57,538 nucleotides of DNA, filler included, from Sanchytrium tribonematis (GCA_018985235.1; 6 parts of 6 records of this genome joined end to end with filler, not necessarily neighbours in it); one strand, 5' to 3'; shown: positions 1 through 12,907, counted from the first letter of the whole stretch. Notes: a model not told the origin generated them from the sequence alone. Translations and numbers: made by a program.

Positions 1-1320
1 TTGGATCTGCAAATTGCAAAGATATCATTTGACAATAGCATATATTCCTGGACCACAAAATACCGTAGCAGACGCGTTAAGTAGACATGGTTACGAGCCA
101 TCCACTTCTCAGCTTAATAATATGAAATTAAGATCACGATCTAATTCGGATACGAATGACAAAGTTGTAATAGACCCAAACATTAAACAATCATTCCGAA
201 GTATCAATTGGAGTCTAGAGCAAAGTAAAGATTTAGTACTTCAGGATTTGGTTAAGAACAGGACAGCAAATATTCAAGATATAAAAGGAATTTTATACAA
301 GATTAATCGATGTAGTGAAAAAGTATATGTCCCCGAACAATTGGTTGACAGTAATCTATAGCACTTAGTAGCAGTATATCCGCACACGCTGGTTCTGCTT
401 AAGTTTCGATATACTTGAATGATTACTACGTTCCAGGAAAACAGAATAGGCTTCGCAAATTTATTAAAAGCTGCGAAACTTGCCTAATGGCAAAAGCACC
501 TTAGTATAGAACATCATTTCGAAACAAGGCTTTCGGCTGAGCCTTTAGAGAGTATTTATATCGATTTTAAGGGACCTTTACCAATTAGTTCCACTAATTA
601 CGATCAAGACTACAAATATCTGTTCACCATCTTAGATGATGCAACTAGATTTATGAACGCAGTACCCGTCTCCCGAATACGAGCAATTGATGCAGTGGAT
701 GCATTAAAAAGACATTGGATTCAAATATTTGGACCTCCAAAAGAAATAATAGCAGATAATATTCCCTTTAAATAATTTCTTAAAGGTGCCAATATAAAAC
801 TAAAAGCAACAGCACCTTATGCACACTTTGGTAATGCAGTTGAACGAAAACATCGAGAACTAGATGTAAAATTAAGGGCATTTAAACATGCTCAAACCTT
901 AAAATGGACAGAACCACTTCATTATGCGCTCATATCAATGAATAATGCCACAAACGGTGCCACTGGAGAAGATCCGTCAGAATTACTATTTCAAAGAAAA
1001 ATAGGCCCAATACAAATGAAAAGATATACAGAACTACGACGAAATGCAAACCACACGGCATACAATTATAGAAAAAAACAATTGCCAAACATAAACTCTA
1101 AAATGGTAATGCCTACATATAAAAGAGGTGACAAGGTCTTCATTATCAATTCATGGAAACAAGGTAAATTAGACTATTACTATAATCCTGATCCAGTATA
1201 TTTCGTCAAGAAACTGTCGACAAACATCGCACAACTTCCCGACAGCTTCCAGACAGCTTCCCGATGAATAAGACAATTTAATTGAATGTCATATGGAACA
1301 AATAAAGCGTATTTAAGTGA
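1..1320 (+). mobile_element. Degenerate Ty3/gypsy LTR-retrotransposon pol remnant (RNase H C-terminus, zinc-binding domain, integrase core)
   Basis: WICKLQRYHLTIAYIPGPQNTVADALSR (end of RT/RNase H); HAG...CETC zinc domain; IYIDFKGPLP, TILDDATRF, FGPPKEIIADN, AVERKHREL integrase motifs. Broken by stops and frameshifts. Confidence 0.9.
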
Positions 1321-1978
1321 TAAATTGGCTGCCAAACACCAAGCACAATTTTGTTTATTTTAATGGAGGATGAAGATTTATATGGCAAACACCCTCTATA
1401 AATCCATGTGGTCTTAATAATCTTTATGTAAAAAGATAACAGACTTTTTATCTTATAAAGACCCAAACAATTTAATTTTCGAACAATTTTACAAAAGGTT
1501 TGCAAAATTAGCTAAATTCCACCCAAAATAAGCCAAAATTAGGCAATATTGGGACGTTCTAGCCTAATAGGTGTAAAGTAAGCTAATATCAATATCTAGG
1601 ACTAAGAAACAATAGTCTCCTACCACTACATACGAGACTATGAAAATTAGTCCCAATCAAGGTGTTTCTTGGCATATTTTGGACACTTGAATGAAATACC
1701 CGCCAATCAATTAGTTTTATTAGCTTTGTGAATGTTTTCATTCTATAAGGTACCCAATTATATATTTTATTTCCAATTAAGATGGTTTTGACTCAGAGCG
1801 GACATTCGAGTGCCACAGCTAAATTTTCGTCGTTCCATGTCAAAATGGGGACGTTCGCTATTTAAAAATACACAGATCACACGGGTATACAACGTGTTAC
1901 CCCTTGTGTGACTAATATTACCATAAATAGAGACCTTCCCTCTTTTTGGATATTGAAATAACAAGTCAAAATAATTCC

Positions 1979-2344
1979 ATGCCAATCACGCCTTAAACAA
2001 CTCCAATCAAGCAACCACCAGTTGGATCTACAAATCCTGAAGATTTTGCAATTGGTCTGCCACCAATTGACTCCAATCAAACCACTCCAATCTCAAGAAA
2101 TGCGAAAGCAAAAGTTCGAAGATTCAAGCGAAAATACGATACTGACAAATTAAAGTCAGCATTGGCTCAAATCAGAGTCAAATGCCATCAAATATTAAAA
2201 TTTGCGCATTTAGAAGAAGGCCCAAATGCTTCTCAAGAGATTAATGAGGTTGTGGATGCTGGGATTGAGGCAATGGAAGAGCTATTAAAAGAAGAGTTTG
2301 AGGTCGAAAAAATAAGCGGCTTTAAATTCACTAGAATTGGGTAA
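1979..2344 (+). pseudogene. Small ORF of unknown function with one in-frame TAA, within the TE region
   Basis: Frame MPITP*TTPIKQPP... runs on into the track ORF 2162-2344. No recognisable domain. Confidence 0.35.
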
Positions 2345-2575
2345 AACACAGACTGGAACTACCTGATGTTGTTTAAAACTTATTTTGTTGGTGATAATTC
2401 AGTGTTCTGGGAGCCAATGAAAAATGTTGAAAATATATTGGTCTTTCGTGATTTTATTAAAAAGGCGAAAAAAATCCCAATCACATCTTTTACAAATATA
2501 TTGATGGAAAATAAATGGTTAAAAAAACATTAAAGTAAAAATAAAAAAATAAAGAAAAAAATTAAGAGTGGGGAA

Positions 2576-2655
2576 TGTAACAGGAATGTCCTCTAGAACA
2601 TTCTACATTCCAGTTATAAAGGATCTCCCCCCAATTAATACCTTTCCCCCTTACA
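2576..2655 (+). repeat. Possible very short LTR (TGTAA...TTACA) preceded by a polypurine tract
   Basis: AAGAGTGGGGAA immediately before TGTAA; 5-bp terminal inverted repeat; internal GGAATGT/ACATTCC inverted repeat. No second copy in the window. Confidence 0.35.
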
Positions 2656-2699
2656 ATCACCTTTTTTACGAACAAGGGTTGACCATGTAATAGTTTTTC

Positions 2700-3992
2700 A
2701 ATAAATTCATTGCGCATTTTAATTTGGTCATTTTTAATTTTTATCTGTTTATGTACTTTTTCAACCTAGTACGCAATTCCTGCACAACTAATGTGAATCC
2801 CTAAATATTTAATATATTCTGAACATTCTAATTTTTGATTTTCTACCACAAACGTGTATTCAGAAGATGCGCAAATTTGGTATTTATGGGGATTGGCCTT
2901 GAAATTATGCTCTTTGAGTTTACTAGTGATTTTATTTAAAATAAGTTGCAAATAATTTAGATCATTTGCGCAAAGAAATATATCATCTGCTTACAAACAG
3001 ATGGCTATTTTGGCCTTGGTGATAACATTGAAATCACAGATATTTATTAAAAACTGTTTGCTCTTAAATACCGCAGCTATTCGCCTGCTCCTCCTTTGAT
3101 TGGTACCATCTTGTTCTTTATTATAATCGCCTTGATATAGGCTTGTTCAAAAAGATGTTTTGATGTTATGATTTCATTAGATGGTAAATATTTTAATGAT
3201 ACATTTGTCAATATGCCACCAGCAGATTTTCTCGTGTTAAATCTTCTTACTTCTTTCCTGATCTTTTCACAACTAAATAGTAATTTGGAATCATTATATG
3301 CTTTGTCTATTTGATCTTCTGTGATATATTGTTTATTCCAGTTGTGGTCTGGTGCATCAAAATGACTTTTTTGGTATTCAATCATTTCAGATTCGTTGCA
3401 AAATAAGGGATTTGTTTGAGAACTAGAATTTTTTATTTTACAAAGTTTGTGATAAGCATTAGTAGAATCTCGATTTATTTCTTCCAGTGCTTCCAATTGA
3501 TTTTGGTACAGTTGTTTTTCCATTTCTGCATTATATTTTTTGCGAGATTGCTTTATTTGTTTTAATAAAAGAATGCGTCTTTTCCTAGATTTTACACGAG
3601 AATACATCTGTTGCTTTCTTTTAATGTATTTATTCATAGTATCCAGGTTGCTAGTTAATATCCTAGATTCTAGAAAATTAAGAATAATTCCAAGTGTCTG
3701 TCTTCCTGCTGTCAGAACACAATTAGTCATAAAACTGTCAATTATTATTCAAATTTATTGATTTTAGTACGTTATTGTTGTACTTTTTTAAAAAGTCTGT
3801 AAAAGTGATAGATATTGCTTTCTGAATTTTTGAATTTTCCAGTTCATTTTTTCTTGTGAAAGTATCATTTTACTGGTTTCCAATTTAATTATTGTTGGCC
3901 AATGATCAGAGGTGTATTTATCTGGTCTCTGTATTGTTGTCAAAGATTTTACAGAATGTTGAAGACTAGAATGTGACCAAAAGTGGTCTAAA
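2700..3992 (-). mobile_element. Degenerate non-LTR retrotransposon (LINE): APE endonuclease C-terminus plus reverse transcriptase
   Basis: LDHFW...TSDHWP endonuclease end; KSAG; (Y>*)ADDIF; FKANPHK; YIKYLGIHI RT motifs. Internally deleted, with stops. Confidence 0.85.
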
Positions 3993-3999
3993 ATTTATT

Positions 4000-4925
4000 A
4001 ATTGGGAAGCATTGTATTACGGAAAATTCGATATTTGCAAAATTACAAAGAATATCCAGAAAAGCTAAAAGCTAAAATTATAATATCCTGAGCAAATTTG
4101 TTTAAGCGGTCATAAACTTACACAAGCTATTTAGAGAGAGCTTTATTGATGTTTATTAGAATTTCACAAAATTGCCAAATCCTAGTTAGTGTCACACAAT
4201 TTGAACAATAAGCTAAGCAGCTCGAATTAACGAAAAATTTTAGATACACAGGTGATGAATTTAAATGTAGTCCAACTTGGAGTACAAATTTTTTTTCAAG
4301 AAATAATTTAAAAATAAGAAGTGCAGCTGGAATAGCTGGAAGTGTTTCATTAATTAGGGATGACGCATTAGCTTAAATAAAAGATCAGTGTCCAGAATAT
4401 GAAAGTTTGCAATTGTGCCAGTTGTGGAATCTGGATGAAAGAGCGTTATTCTTTAAAATGAATGGTAATAAAACCATTGCATTTTGTGGAGATGAAGTAC
4501 ACGGATCATCAGAATCTAAGAATAGAATAACAATAGTGTCTATTATAAATGCTGCAGGTAAAAAATTGTCGTTAATATTTATTGGAAAATCCATAATTCC
4601 AAATGATATGAACGCGAACAAGAATCATTGGAAATGGCTTGATCCCGATGTTGCTACTAAAGTATCACAATTACGTAATAACGGTAAATTTCAATTACAA
4701 GAATTTACCCAGTTTAATATATTTTGTAGCAATTCTAACAAAGGTTGGATAAATTCAATTGAGCAAGTTTGCTATTTTATGGATAGTCACGCAGATGTCC
4801 TAAACGGATCAATTTTGTTGATGGACAATTATGGTGCCCATTTTATGTCAGATGAAGTTTTATCCCGCTTTTCAAAAGTGAAACATTTTTTTTTGCACCA
4901 AACACTACTTCACATTTTCCTTTGA
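4000..4925 (+). mobile_element. Degenerate pogo/Tigger-like (CENP-B HTH + DDE_1) transposase
   Basis: FKCSPTWSTNFFSRNNL (HTH), LWNLDERALF, RITIVSIINAAG, KGW, LLMDNYGAH, and frameshifted PNTTS. Cut off at about 4925 by the next element. Confidence 0.85.
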
Positions 4926-5760
4926 ACTGTTTATTATGCGCGAAAATTGACGCAATCGAGGCGGATCTTCCAAACCGAAATTCCCTCGTGTCATGTAAAG
5001 AACTATTAAAGGAGATGCGGGTTATGGCAACAAAAGCCTTACGCGAATTAGAGATTAATTACCTTGAGAAGCAAATCCATAAGTTAAAGAAAGAGCTGGA
5101 AAATAAAAAGAAATTACTGGAGCAAGGGGACATAGTAAAAGGAGATTTTGTGTATAAGAAAAATGGCCTGTTATATAAGAAAGTTAGCACAGGAGGAAGG
5201 TACACATTGGCTGTGTACATACCGACAGTAAAACGAACGAATATCGTACTAGCCATCCATGAACGATCAGGACATATTGGAATGAGTAAGACTATAAAAT
5301 TGGCGAAGAACTTGATCTATTTCCCGGAAATCGATCAATTTATCCAGTCATTGATTAAAAGTTATCCGGTGTGTCAATGGACCAAAGTTAAGTTATTACC
5401 AAGGATTCAAAAGAATTAAGTAGGCCAATCCAGTCTTTTTCAATTCCAGCATCCAAGAGGGTCTAGGAGTAATGTTCATCAGAAGCTACCATAACACCGG
5501 CATCCGATTGATCCTAGAGATAAAGAACATATTCCCATATTTGGATTTATATAGTATGATTGTAGAAGTGTATAAGACATTGAATGAAGTATGGGGGGAT
5601 AAAGTCAGAGATCGGTTGGATAAGGCTAAATTTACGTACAATATTAGTAGGGTGGATATAGTTTTCTTACCTGGGCAGAAATCATGTACTTAATAGTAGC
5701 TAATACAACAGCCTTGCGGGTAAGTGATCGATTCCAAGTCCATCGAGATGAAATGGTGGC
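4922..5760 (+). mobile_element. Second Ty3/gypsy integrase-region remnant
   Basis: KNGLLYK...YIP...IHERSGHIGMSKT...YFP...PVCQ is an HHCC-type integrase zinc-binding domain; downstream frames are broken. Confidence 0.8.
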
Positions 5761-6539
5761 AGGGGGCAATGTTGAGACATTTTAACGTAAAAATTAAACT
5801 ACAAGATAAACAGGACAGCCTTGTAAAGGTAGTGGATGTGCAGTCTGTAACTAAAGCAGCTGATGAGTGGAACGAGTTAGTCTTGGATGGCACCAACACT
5901 CTAGAAAAGGGCTTTTCGCGAAGCGAGTTAGGGACGACGGATAAGCAAGTTAAAAGAGCTCAACCTGTGAACTTAAGGGACGATCCAATCATTGCTAGTC
6001 GGAGTTTGGCAATTAGTCAGAAAACAGAGCCAAGTGATTGGTTCAGAAACGTTGGAATTGAATCAGGCTTAGCAGATTCTACTTAGAGATCCGTCAATAG
6101 ATATAATTTCTATGAGCAAACAACACACACATGAATTACAAGAAGAAACACCTGTTGTTTTATCAGGAAAGATGCAAACGCAGACTTATAGTCCCCAAGA
6201 GGACCATCTCTCACACCCTAGCATCTCAGAGACTAGTATTAAAGAAAAGAAAGCAAGCGAATTGCAACATGATGCGTCTAACAGAGCGCATTTAACCCAA
6301 GCAGAATTGAAAGAAGAGAAAAGGCTTTATCAGAAAGAGAGGAAGAGTTAAGCAGAAGAGAATATCTAGTAAACATCAGTTTACTGGAAGTAGAGGAAGC
6401 AAAACACTCAGGACAATTTAGTGCTGCAATTCACGCTAGAAAGGATGAGAGTATCCTGTTTAGGAGAAGAATTCAGCCGTTGCTCGTGGTTGGTCCCAAG
6501 CACGAGCAGGGTACGCCGCATTTACGAGATATATTCAAT

Positions 6540-7571
6540 AGATAACACTTGAGTTGCTTGCTAAATAAATTAGATTTTGAATCAGTTTCCAAAATATTAA
6601 AATTTAATCTTCACATTTATAAGCATTGTTGGAGATTGCTTCATTTAGAATAAAACTGATAGATTCAATATTTTTAGTTCTAATATACTGTTATGGAATA
6701 TAAGTAAAGGCAATATTTAAAGCATTAATTTTAATAAATTTTATTTTTTTACATCTGTTACACCATTTTACATCTTCTGATGAAATGGATTCATCCATCA
6801 ACTCATCAAGACAGATTGCTTTGGCGTAGGATCACCACTCACTTATGTATTGGGAGTTGCCAATTTATTGAAAAAATCACTTTATAACAATTTCGTAAAT
6901 GGCCAGATTTGACTGAAAAAGTAGCCATAAAACAACAATTTGAACAATATTGTGGTTTTTAAAATATAATTGGATGCATAGATGGAGCCCATGTGGGGAT
7001 ACCTGGTATTGGCAAATTCAGAAATAGATATACAACAAGAAAGAGTGTCTACGCAATTAACGTGACATTTGAGTGCGATTAAAATAAACAAGTACGATTT
7101 AGTATAATTGGCTGTTCAGGTGCATATCACGACAATCTAGTATACAACAATGAATTACAATATTTTGATGGAAATGATGTTATGTTGGGAGATTCTGCAT
7201 ACAAGGGATCCAATCATGTGGTTGTGCCTTATGCAAGTCCATCATTAAGAGAGAATGTCAGTTTTAATTATTTACACGCCAAAGCACGTGTAAAAGTTGA
7301 AAATACGATTGGATTAAACATGGGAAAATTCAAGGTGATGGGAACACAAATTAGAATCAAATCAATTAGAAAAATAGTGATTATCATCAAATAATTACAG
7401 TGGTGCACAATTTTATCATTCCCGAAACAGTACAGAAGATGTTTGGGAAGAGGATGAATTACATGAAAATGAATTGCAAGTTGTAGAGCAATATCCAGAG
7501 CATGCAGCCATTAATTATAGACTTAATGTATCAGCATTTGAAAGAAAAGAGATGATGAAGAGGACAAATGA
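6540..7571 (+). mobile_element. Degenerate PIF/Harbinger (DDE_Tnp_4, HARBI1-like) transposase
   Basis: NIIGCIDGAHV, GAYHD, LGDSAY, HAKARVKVENTIG, VHNF motifs with stops and frameshifts. Confidence 0.88.
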
Positions 7572-7599
7572 ATAAATGAATTTAAAACTAATTAATTTA

Positions 7600-8365
7600 T
7601 TTTATTGTGCCATTCCTGATGCTTTCAAGTTTGAATAGATAATTGATCTTTCTTTCAACTGCTGCAAATCCAACATTTCCAAATCCTTTTCTGTTTTGCT
7701 TTTCCTTAATGATTTAATGCACTCATACTCATTTTCAATATCCTCACATTCTCTTTTCATTTTATTGACTGATCACTCTAGAATCATCGGATGATTCTTT
7801 TCATTTTATTGGTAAAATAAGACTGATCACTCTAGAATCATCGGATGATTCTTTTTATTTTATTGATGAAATAAGACTGATCACTCTAGAAACATAATCA
7901 TCGGATGATAACTTCCTTTTTGCAGTTTTATCAGCGGCTTTCACACTAAATGGGTTGTTTTTCATTATTATTCATTTCCACACATTCCGGGTTTTCTTTT
8001 AATGTTCCAACAAATGCCTGTTGAAATTTTCAAGAATTTCTTTGAACATTTGCACTTCTTCTAATGATGCCGGTGTAACAATGGTATGATGTGAACCATC
8101 CATACAATTATTTCCAATTTTTGAAATATTTTCATTGAATTTGTTTGCCCATTTAATGAAATCCTTTTCATTTCCCTCAATAGAATTGATAAATCTATTG
8201 AATCCTTTCTGTGTCAACAAGTGATTTGTAGAATTGGGACACAGTACCTTGATTTTTAGTTGCTTTTAGTTTACCATCTTCTCCAATTTTATATTTTGCT
8301 GTTTGATGTGAATGTGCATACACTACACTACAAATCAAGATTCCTTTTGTTGTCCAAAGAGCCAT
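7600..8365 (-). pseudogene. Degenerate ORF convergent with the Harbinger transposase, possibly the element's second (Myb/SANT-like) ORF
   Basis: ORF pieces 8195-8386 and 7999-8220. Position matches two-ORF Harbinger architecture, but the domain was not directly recognised. Confidence 0.35.
7767..7908. repeat. Tandem repeat, 54-bp unit, about 2.6 copies
   Basis: GACTGATCACTCTAGAA... starts at 7767, 7821 and 7875. Confidence 0.9.
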
Positions 8366-8504
8366 TGTATTGACAAGGATTACCAATTGTCTTTTTGAGC
8401 TTTAATTAGACAATTTGATTGGTCCAAAAGATACAACGAATGCTGATTGGACTACATAAACTCGAAAATTGATTGGCTAATTTATTTTTTTTCACAACTC
8501 GATC

Positions 8505-8684
8505 TGTTGAGGCTACGGAGCAAAGAATGGAGTTGAAACAAGCATTTTCACACGTGCATCACGGCTTGGGCTACTTTATGGCATGGGAACATTCTATTGG
8601 AATGGTCTCCAAAGTATGTAAACAACAGCGGGTTGCTGTTGAGAGAGTAGTCAATAAATAGTTTATTAACGATGTACAATAACA
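8505..8684 (+). repeat. Putative 5' LTR (180 bp) of a Ty3/gypsy element
   Basis: TGTT...AACA termini, internal AATAAA, followed directly by a TGGCGCC PBS-like sequence and a gag-like frame. Confidence 0.55.
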
Positions 8685-9650
8685 TGGCGCCTCCAAAGGT
8701 CGAAGATTCCCAAGAAGTTCAATCAGCAAGATTAAAACAAAGGCAAGAGATGGAATTACAGGAAGCTATGTCACATAAAGCCACTGAAGACGAGCTAAAT
8801 CAGTTGCGCGGTGTTCATCTGCTTCAACAACAATAAAATTCTAGGATTTTATCGGGGCTTCAAAAATTATCAACAATTGGGGTTTCTCAACAATCTTCGT
8901 TTGTAAATGTAGGAAATACTTCCAGAAGACCTATTAAAACAAATTTGGTTCCGAAGATACTCCCAGGAGGATTGGAAGTCATGGTATCTACCCCAGTAGC
9001 AGCTGACGATCCAATGGAATTAGATAATGATGTCGGGGTTTTTAATTATAGCAAAATTCCGTTTCAATTGGTCACAAAAGTGATGTTTACCATTGATGCA
9101 AACCCTTATACCTTTTTGTCACAATACGAAAGACTAATGCAACATGTGGGTGCTAATTATTCAGATTATTGGTACTTTTTTGCATTTCACTTTGATGATT
9201 ACACCCTAGAGCATGTTTCTTAGATTTGCGCAAGCAACCGCTATTGACCTCGAAACTGAACATTTAGAGATGTTGGTTTATTATATGTTGCAGGTTATGT
9301 AAATTTAGTGAGGCCTAATTGACACCGGAGCAGGAGGCAATTTTGTTGGTGAAAGTTTTTTTAAATCGCTAAGGTGCTCCAATGAAGTATTATATGAAAT
9401 TTTTATTAATGTTGTTCTTCCGAATGGTAAATGCTTGGTATTAATAGGTGCAGTACACCTTGATATTAATTTGAGTGGTTTTAAATGTCGCGTTTTGTTA
9501 CATATTATTCCGAAATTAAATAAAGGTGTGATTCTTGGAAATTTATTTTTACATCAATATAAGGTTGATATTTTGTATTCGCAACAATTAATCAAGTTGA
9601 CTGATAAGTTTATTCCTTTTAAATCAGTGTCAGGCAAGAATCTGTATAAT
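8684..9650 (+). mobile_element. Degenerate gag + aspartic protease of an LTR retrotransposon, truncated by contig end
   Basis: MAPPKVEDSQ... gag-like frame with an in-frame TAA; LIDTGAGGNFV and VILGNLFL retropepsin motifs. Confidence 0.8.
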
Positions 9651-9750
9651 NNNNNNNNNNNNNNNNNNNNNNNNNNNNNNNNNNNNNNNNNNNNTTAATT
9701 AATTAANNNNNNNNNNNNNNNNNNNNNNNNNNNNNNNNNNNNNNNNNNNN
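9651..9750. other. Artificial contig spacer (44N-TTAATTAATTAA-44N)
   Basis: Six-frame stop linker; the identical structure occurs five times. Confidence 0.98.
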
Positions 9751-11019
9751 TTCAAAAGAATCTCCAGAATCTTGTACTTTTGTAAGTACCTCGCCCACAG
9801 CATTGATTTTAATTCCACCCATTGAATAGTGAATGACGGGAGTAATTTTAGCAATGTAGTGAGGTTTCGTAGCGTCGAATTTCACAGGGAAGACAGTTTT
9901 GTTGAATTTATCATCTTTGCCGTAGTTTGACAGAGTCTGAATGACTTCTTCTCGAGAGGCCTCGTCTCCAATGAATTTAACAAGATCATCTACAGATTCA
10001 CATTTCTCAAATAATCCTTTTTTCTGATAAAATTCAAAGGTGGATTTGTCAAATAATTCCACACTTTCTTCATTCATAATCATAAAACAGAGATTGTTTT
10101 TACAATTGGAGAAAATATCATTCGTGACCAAGTCGCGAGATTTTAATTCATCTGTAAATCGACAGCCTTTTTCATTTACAAGAATTCCACCACTTCCTCT
10201 TAATGCTTCAGGGGCTAAAAATTTTGTGTTTGGCCCATTCGCAAATCCAGTGGGATGAATTTGAACAAATTCCATATCTTGCAGAATCGCGCCATGTTTT
10301 GATGCGATTTTAGCGCCTTGACCTACAGCAAAATTTCCATTTGTGGTTGGTAATTTCAGAAATTGTGGTGTGTACTCTTTTAAATAGCCATCATAGTCAT
10401 GACTATAACCCCCTGTAGTCAAAATTACTGCATCTGAAAGTATCTTCTCACTTAGAATTTCGTTTTCTTGCTTGACTTCGATAATAACTCCATTTATCTC
10501 ATTACCATTCTTGATCAAGTCTTTTAACTCAGAATTAAATTTAAAATCAATCGAACCATATTCGGGTTTGGTTTTCCTTTTTTGCTCGGTTTCCAAGTAA
10601 TGCTTAAGTGCAGAGACAATATTCCATCCCACACTACTAGGCTTATCAGATGGTGGTTGCCGGTGCGTTCTCCCAACAGAATGCCCCCCGCATTGGGATA
10701 TTTTGCTAAGCGTCAAATTGAAAGACTCCAAAAACTCAAGAGCACTCGTACTTTCAGTGACTAAGGTTTGGACCAATACCGGATCATTCAAATTGTGACC
10801 ACTCTTGACAGTGTCATCATAAAACAAAGCATTGCTGTCGCTAATTCCTTGGTCCAGTTGGTAATGGCTTAAACTATTCATTCCGCTGGATGCTTTACAG
10901 CTATTTCCAAATAGACCTGCTTGCTTTTCGATCATTACGACTTCGCTTCCATGTCGGTATGCTTCTATAGCAGCTGATAATCCTGCTAATCCTCCGCCAA
11001 CAACGATTACTTTTGTCAT
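9751..11019 (-). CDS. Soluble FAD-dependent fumarate reductase (Osm1/Frd1 family), 3' truncated
   Basis: VVGGGLAGLSAA, GGHSVGRTH, QIHPTG, PEALRGSGG, IHYSMGGI. Confidence 0.93.
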
Positions 11020-11216
11020 GAACAAACGGAGATCTAATAATTTTATAAAACTTAGTTCGGAGTTAGCCGCATATCTAAAATATTATATTGTCATTTTGGC
11101 ACCATATGATTGGAACCGCACTGAATTCAAATAATTATTTTAATTACAACATGGTGAACTTGTATTTCGGACGGGTTAATTTCTTAAAACGAAATAATTT
11201 TCCAAACATTTAAGAA

Positions 11217-12251
11217 ATGATTTCTACTAAAGTGTATTATAATGTGGGTTTACTAGCCGCTTTAGTGCTTGTCTTTATCTACGTACCCATTGCCAAAAAT
11301 ATTTGCATATTTATGAGTGGTATTGCGTTGTGGAATATATTTGATGGGCTATCAAAAAGAATTCCACGCCCTAGAGACCGGATAGTTAAAACTCCATTCA
11401 GCGCATCCACAAATAATACGATTAATTCAAATTGGTCAAATATGACCCCACTAACACCCGTATCGCCGTTAGCAGCAAAGAAACCAACTTACAATATGAA
11501 AGTATCACAAAATATATTATCAACACTCAATAAGCAATATGAAAAAGCAAAACACACAACAGATAATAATATCCAACAATATCCTAAAGAAATTAACGAA
11601 CAACAAGTTATTTTACTCAAGACTTGGATTGTAAGTAAAATTTTAAGGCCATTTATGCGAGATTTGAAAACAGTGGATTCAGTTTATTCCTTGGAAAAAA
11701 GAATAGATCACCATAACAAATCTATTCCATTTGGTCCAATTGAAGATGCTTTCGTTGAATGTGAAGAAGAATTCGAGTTGCACTCTGATAACAAATGGGT
11801 CATAAGAAGATTGACATACGAAATCTTTTTGCAAATTCCAAGTACAGACCAGACCGTTAAGGCTAGAAAATATTTGCTGCAAAGAGTACAAGAATTAGCC
11901 CAACATTCTCAACTTATTAATTACTGCTCTGATTCAAGAAGCATCGTACAATTTCAACCGACTTTTCCAACTGATGGTCAAATAATTTTACATTTTGTAG
12001 ACGTGTTTCTAAAAATCAACGCCCCATATCACAGTCAATCTATCTTACAATTTATTTGCTGTATGAATCGGCTTCCGGATGAGTATGGTTTTACTTATAG
12101 AAGATCCTTGTATAAATTGAGTGATAAAGAAAATTTGTTTCGTGCAATCGTTGCATTTATGCTCTATATTCAAGAAGAGTGTGCTGGGTACTTTGGTCTA
12201 TTGAATATGTCGACGCCAATGGTTGGCACTCCAAATTTAATAAAAAAGTAA
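11217..12251 (+). CDS. TMEM209-like nuclear-envelope membrane protein
   Basis: N-terminal TM segments; FPTDGQIILHF and NLFRAIVAFMLYI...GYFGLLNM resemble the TMEM209 C-terminal motifs. Confidence 0.6.
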   Translation: MISTKVYYNVGLLAALVLVFIYVPIAKNICIFMSGIALWNIFDGLSKRIPRPRDRIVKTPFSASTNNTINSNWSNMTPLTPVSPLAAKKPTYNMKVSQNILSTLNKQYEKAKHTTDNNIQQYPKEINEQQVILLKTWIVSKILRPFMRDLKTVDSVYSLEKRIDHHNKSIPFGPIEDAFVECEEEFELHSDNKWVIRRLTYEIFLQIPSTDQTVKARKYLLQRVQELAQHSQLINYCSDSRSIVQFQPTFPTDGQIILHFVDVFLKINAPYHSQSILQFICCMNRLPDEYGFTYRRSLYKLSDKENLFRAIVAFMLYIQEECAGYFGLLNMSTPMVGTPNLIKK

Positions 12252-12256
12252 ATTTA

Positions 12257-12784
12257 TTACGCCACCATCATAGGCTCGCTTACCTTTTCTTTAATTTCTT
12301 TGCCCTTTAATTTTTCCACCAACGCTAAAGCAAATTCTAAGGCAGTTCCTGGTCCACGACTAGTGATCATTTTATCAACTACAACACGTTCTTCCGAATA
12401 TCTAAAAGATTTAAGCTGGTCTTTGACACATGGATGTGATGTAATTGTAGAGTTGGTATGTATTTGCCATTTTTCCAGGGCAATAGGAGAGGCGCAAATG
12501 ACAGCAATCAACTTTGATTCGTGTCTTTTCAGGGCTTTTCCGACTCTTTCGTCTGATTGAAACTTTTTAGCACCATCCATTCCACCAGGTAAAACTAAGC
12601 AGTCAAAAACTTTGTCCGGAATGACTGTTGTGTCGGCTATTAAATTGGTTCCCCTAGCACATTTTACGTGCAGTTCATCCATACTACAGACAACCACTAC
12701 AATGCCTGCTCTTCTAAGAACGTCAATTACGGTGACACTTTCAATTTCTTCAGAACCATTTGCAATTAAAACTAGGGCTTCCAT
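12257..12784 (-). CDS. DJ-1/PfpI family glyoxalase/deglycase
   Basis: GSEEIE, LVLPGG, AVICASP, ITSRGPGTALEFAL. First ATG at 12784. Confidence 0.95.
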   Translation of the reverse strand: MEALVLIANGSEEIESVTVIDVLRRAGIVVVVCSMDELHVKCARGTNLIADTTVIPDKVFDCLVLPGGMDGAKKFQSDERVGKALKRHESKLIAVICASPIALEKWQIHTNSTITSHPCVKDQLKSFRYSEERVVVDKMITSRGPGTALEFALALVEKLKGKEIKEKVSEPMMVA

Positions 12785-12907
12785 TTTTAAAACAAGGGAT
12801 AAATTTTGGGCCAAAAATTAGTTATTATAATCAACCGTTTTGAAGCGCGCCAAAAAGAGTTGAATGGCTTAAACGAGCAAATAAACACTGTCTTGGCAGG
12901 TTTAGAC

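Noticed and set aside
5724..6500. ORFs 5724-6086 and 6112-6351 as host genes
   Set aside because: They are low-complexity, stop-interrupted frames inside the TE cluster with no recognisable domain.
7767..7908. CRISPR-like repeat-spacer array
   Set aside because: It is a plain 54-bp tandem repeat with near-identical intervening sequence, in a eukaryotic context with no cas genes.
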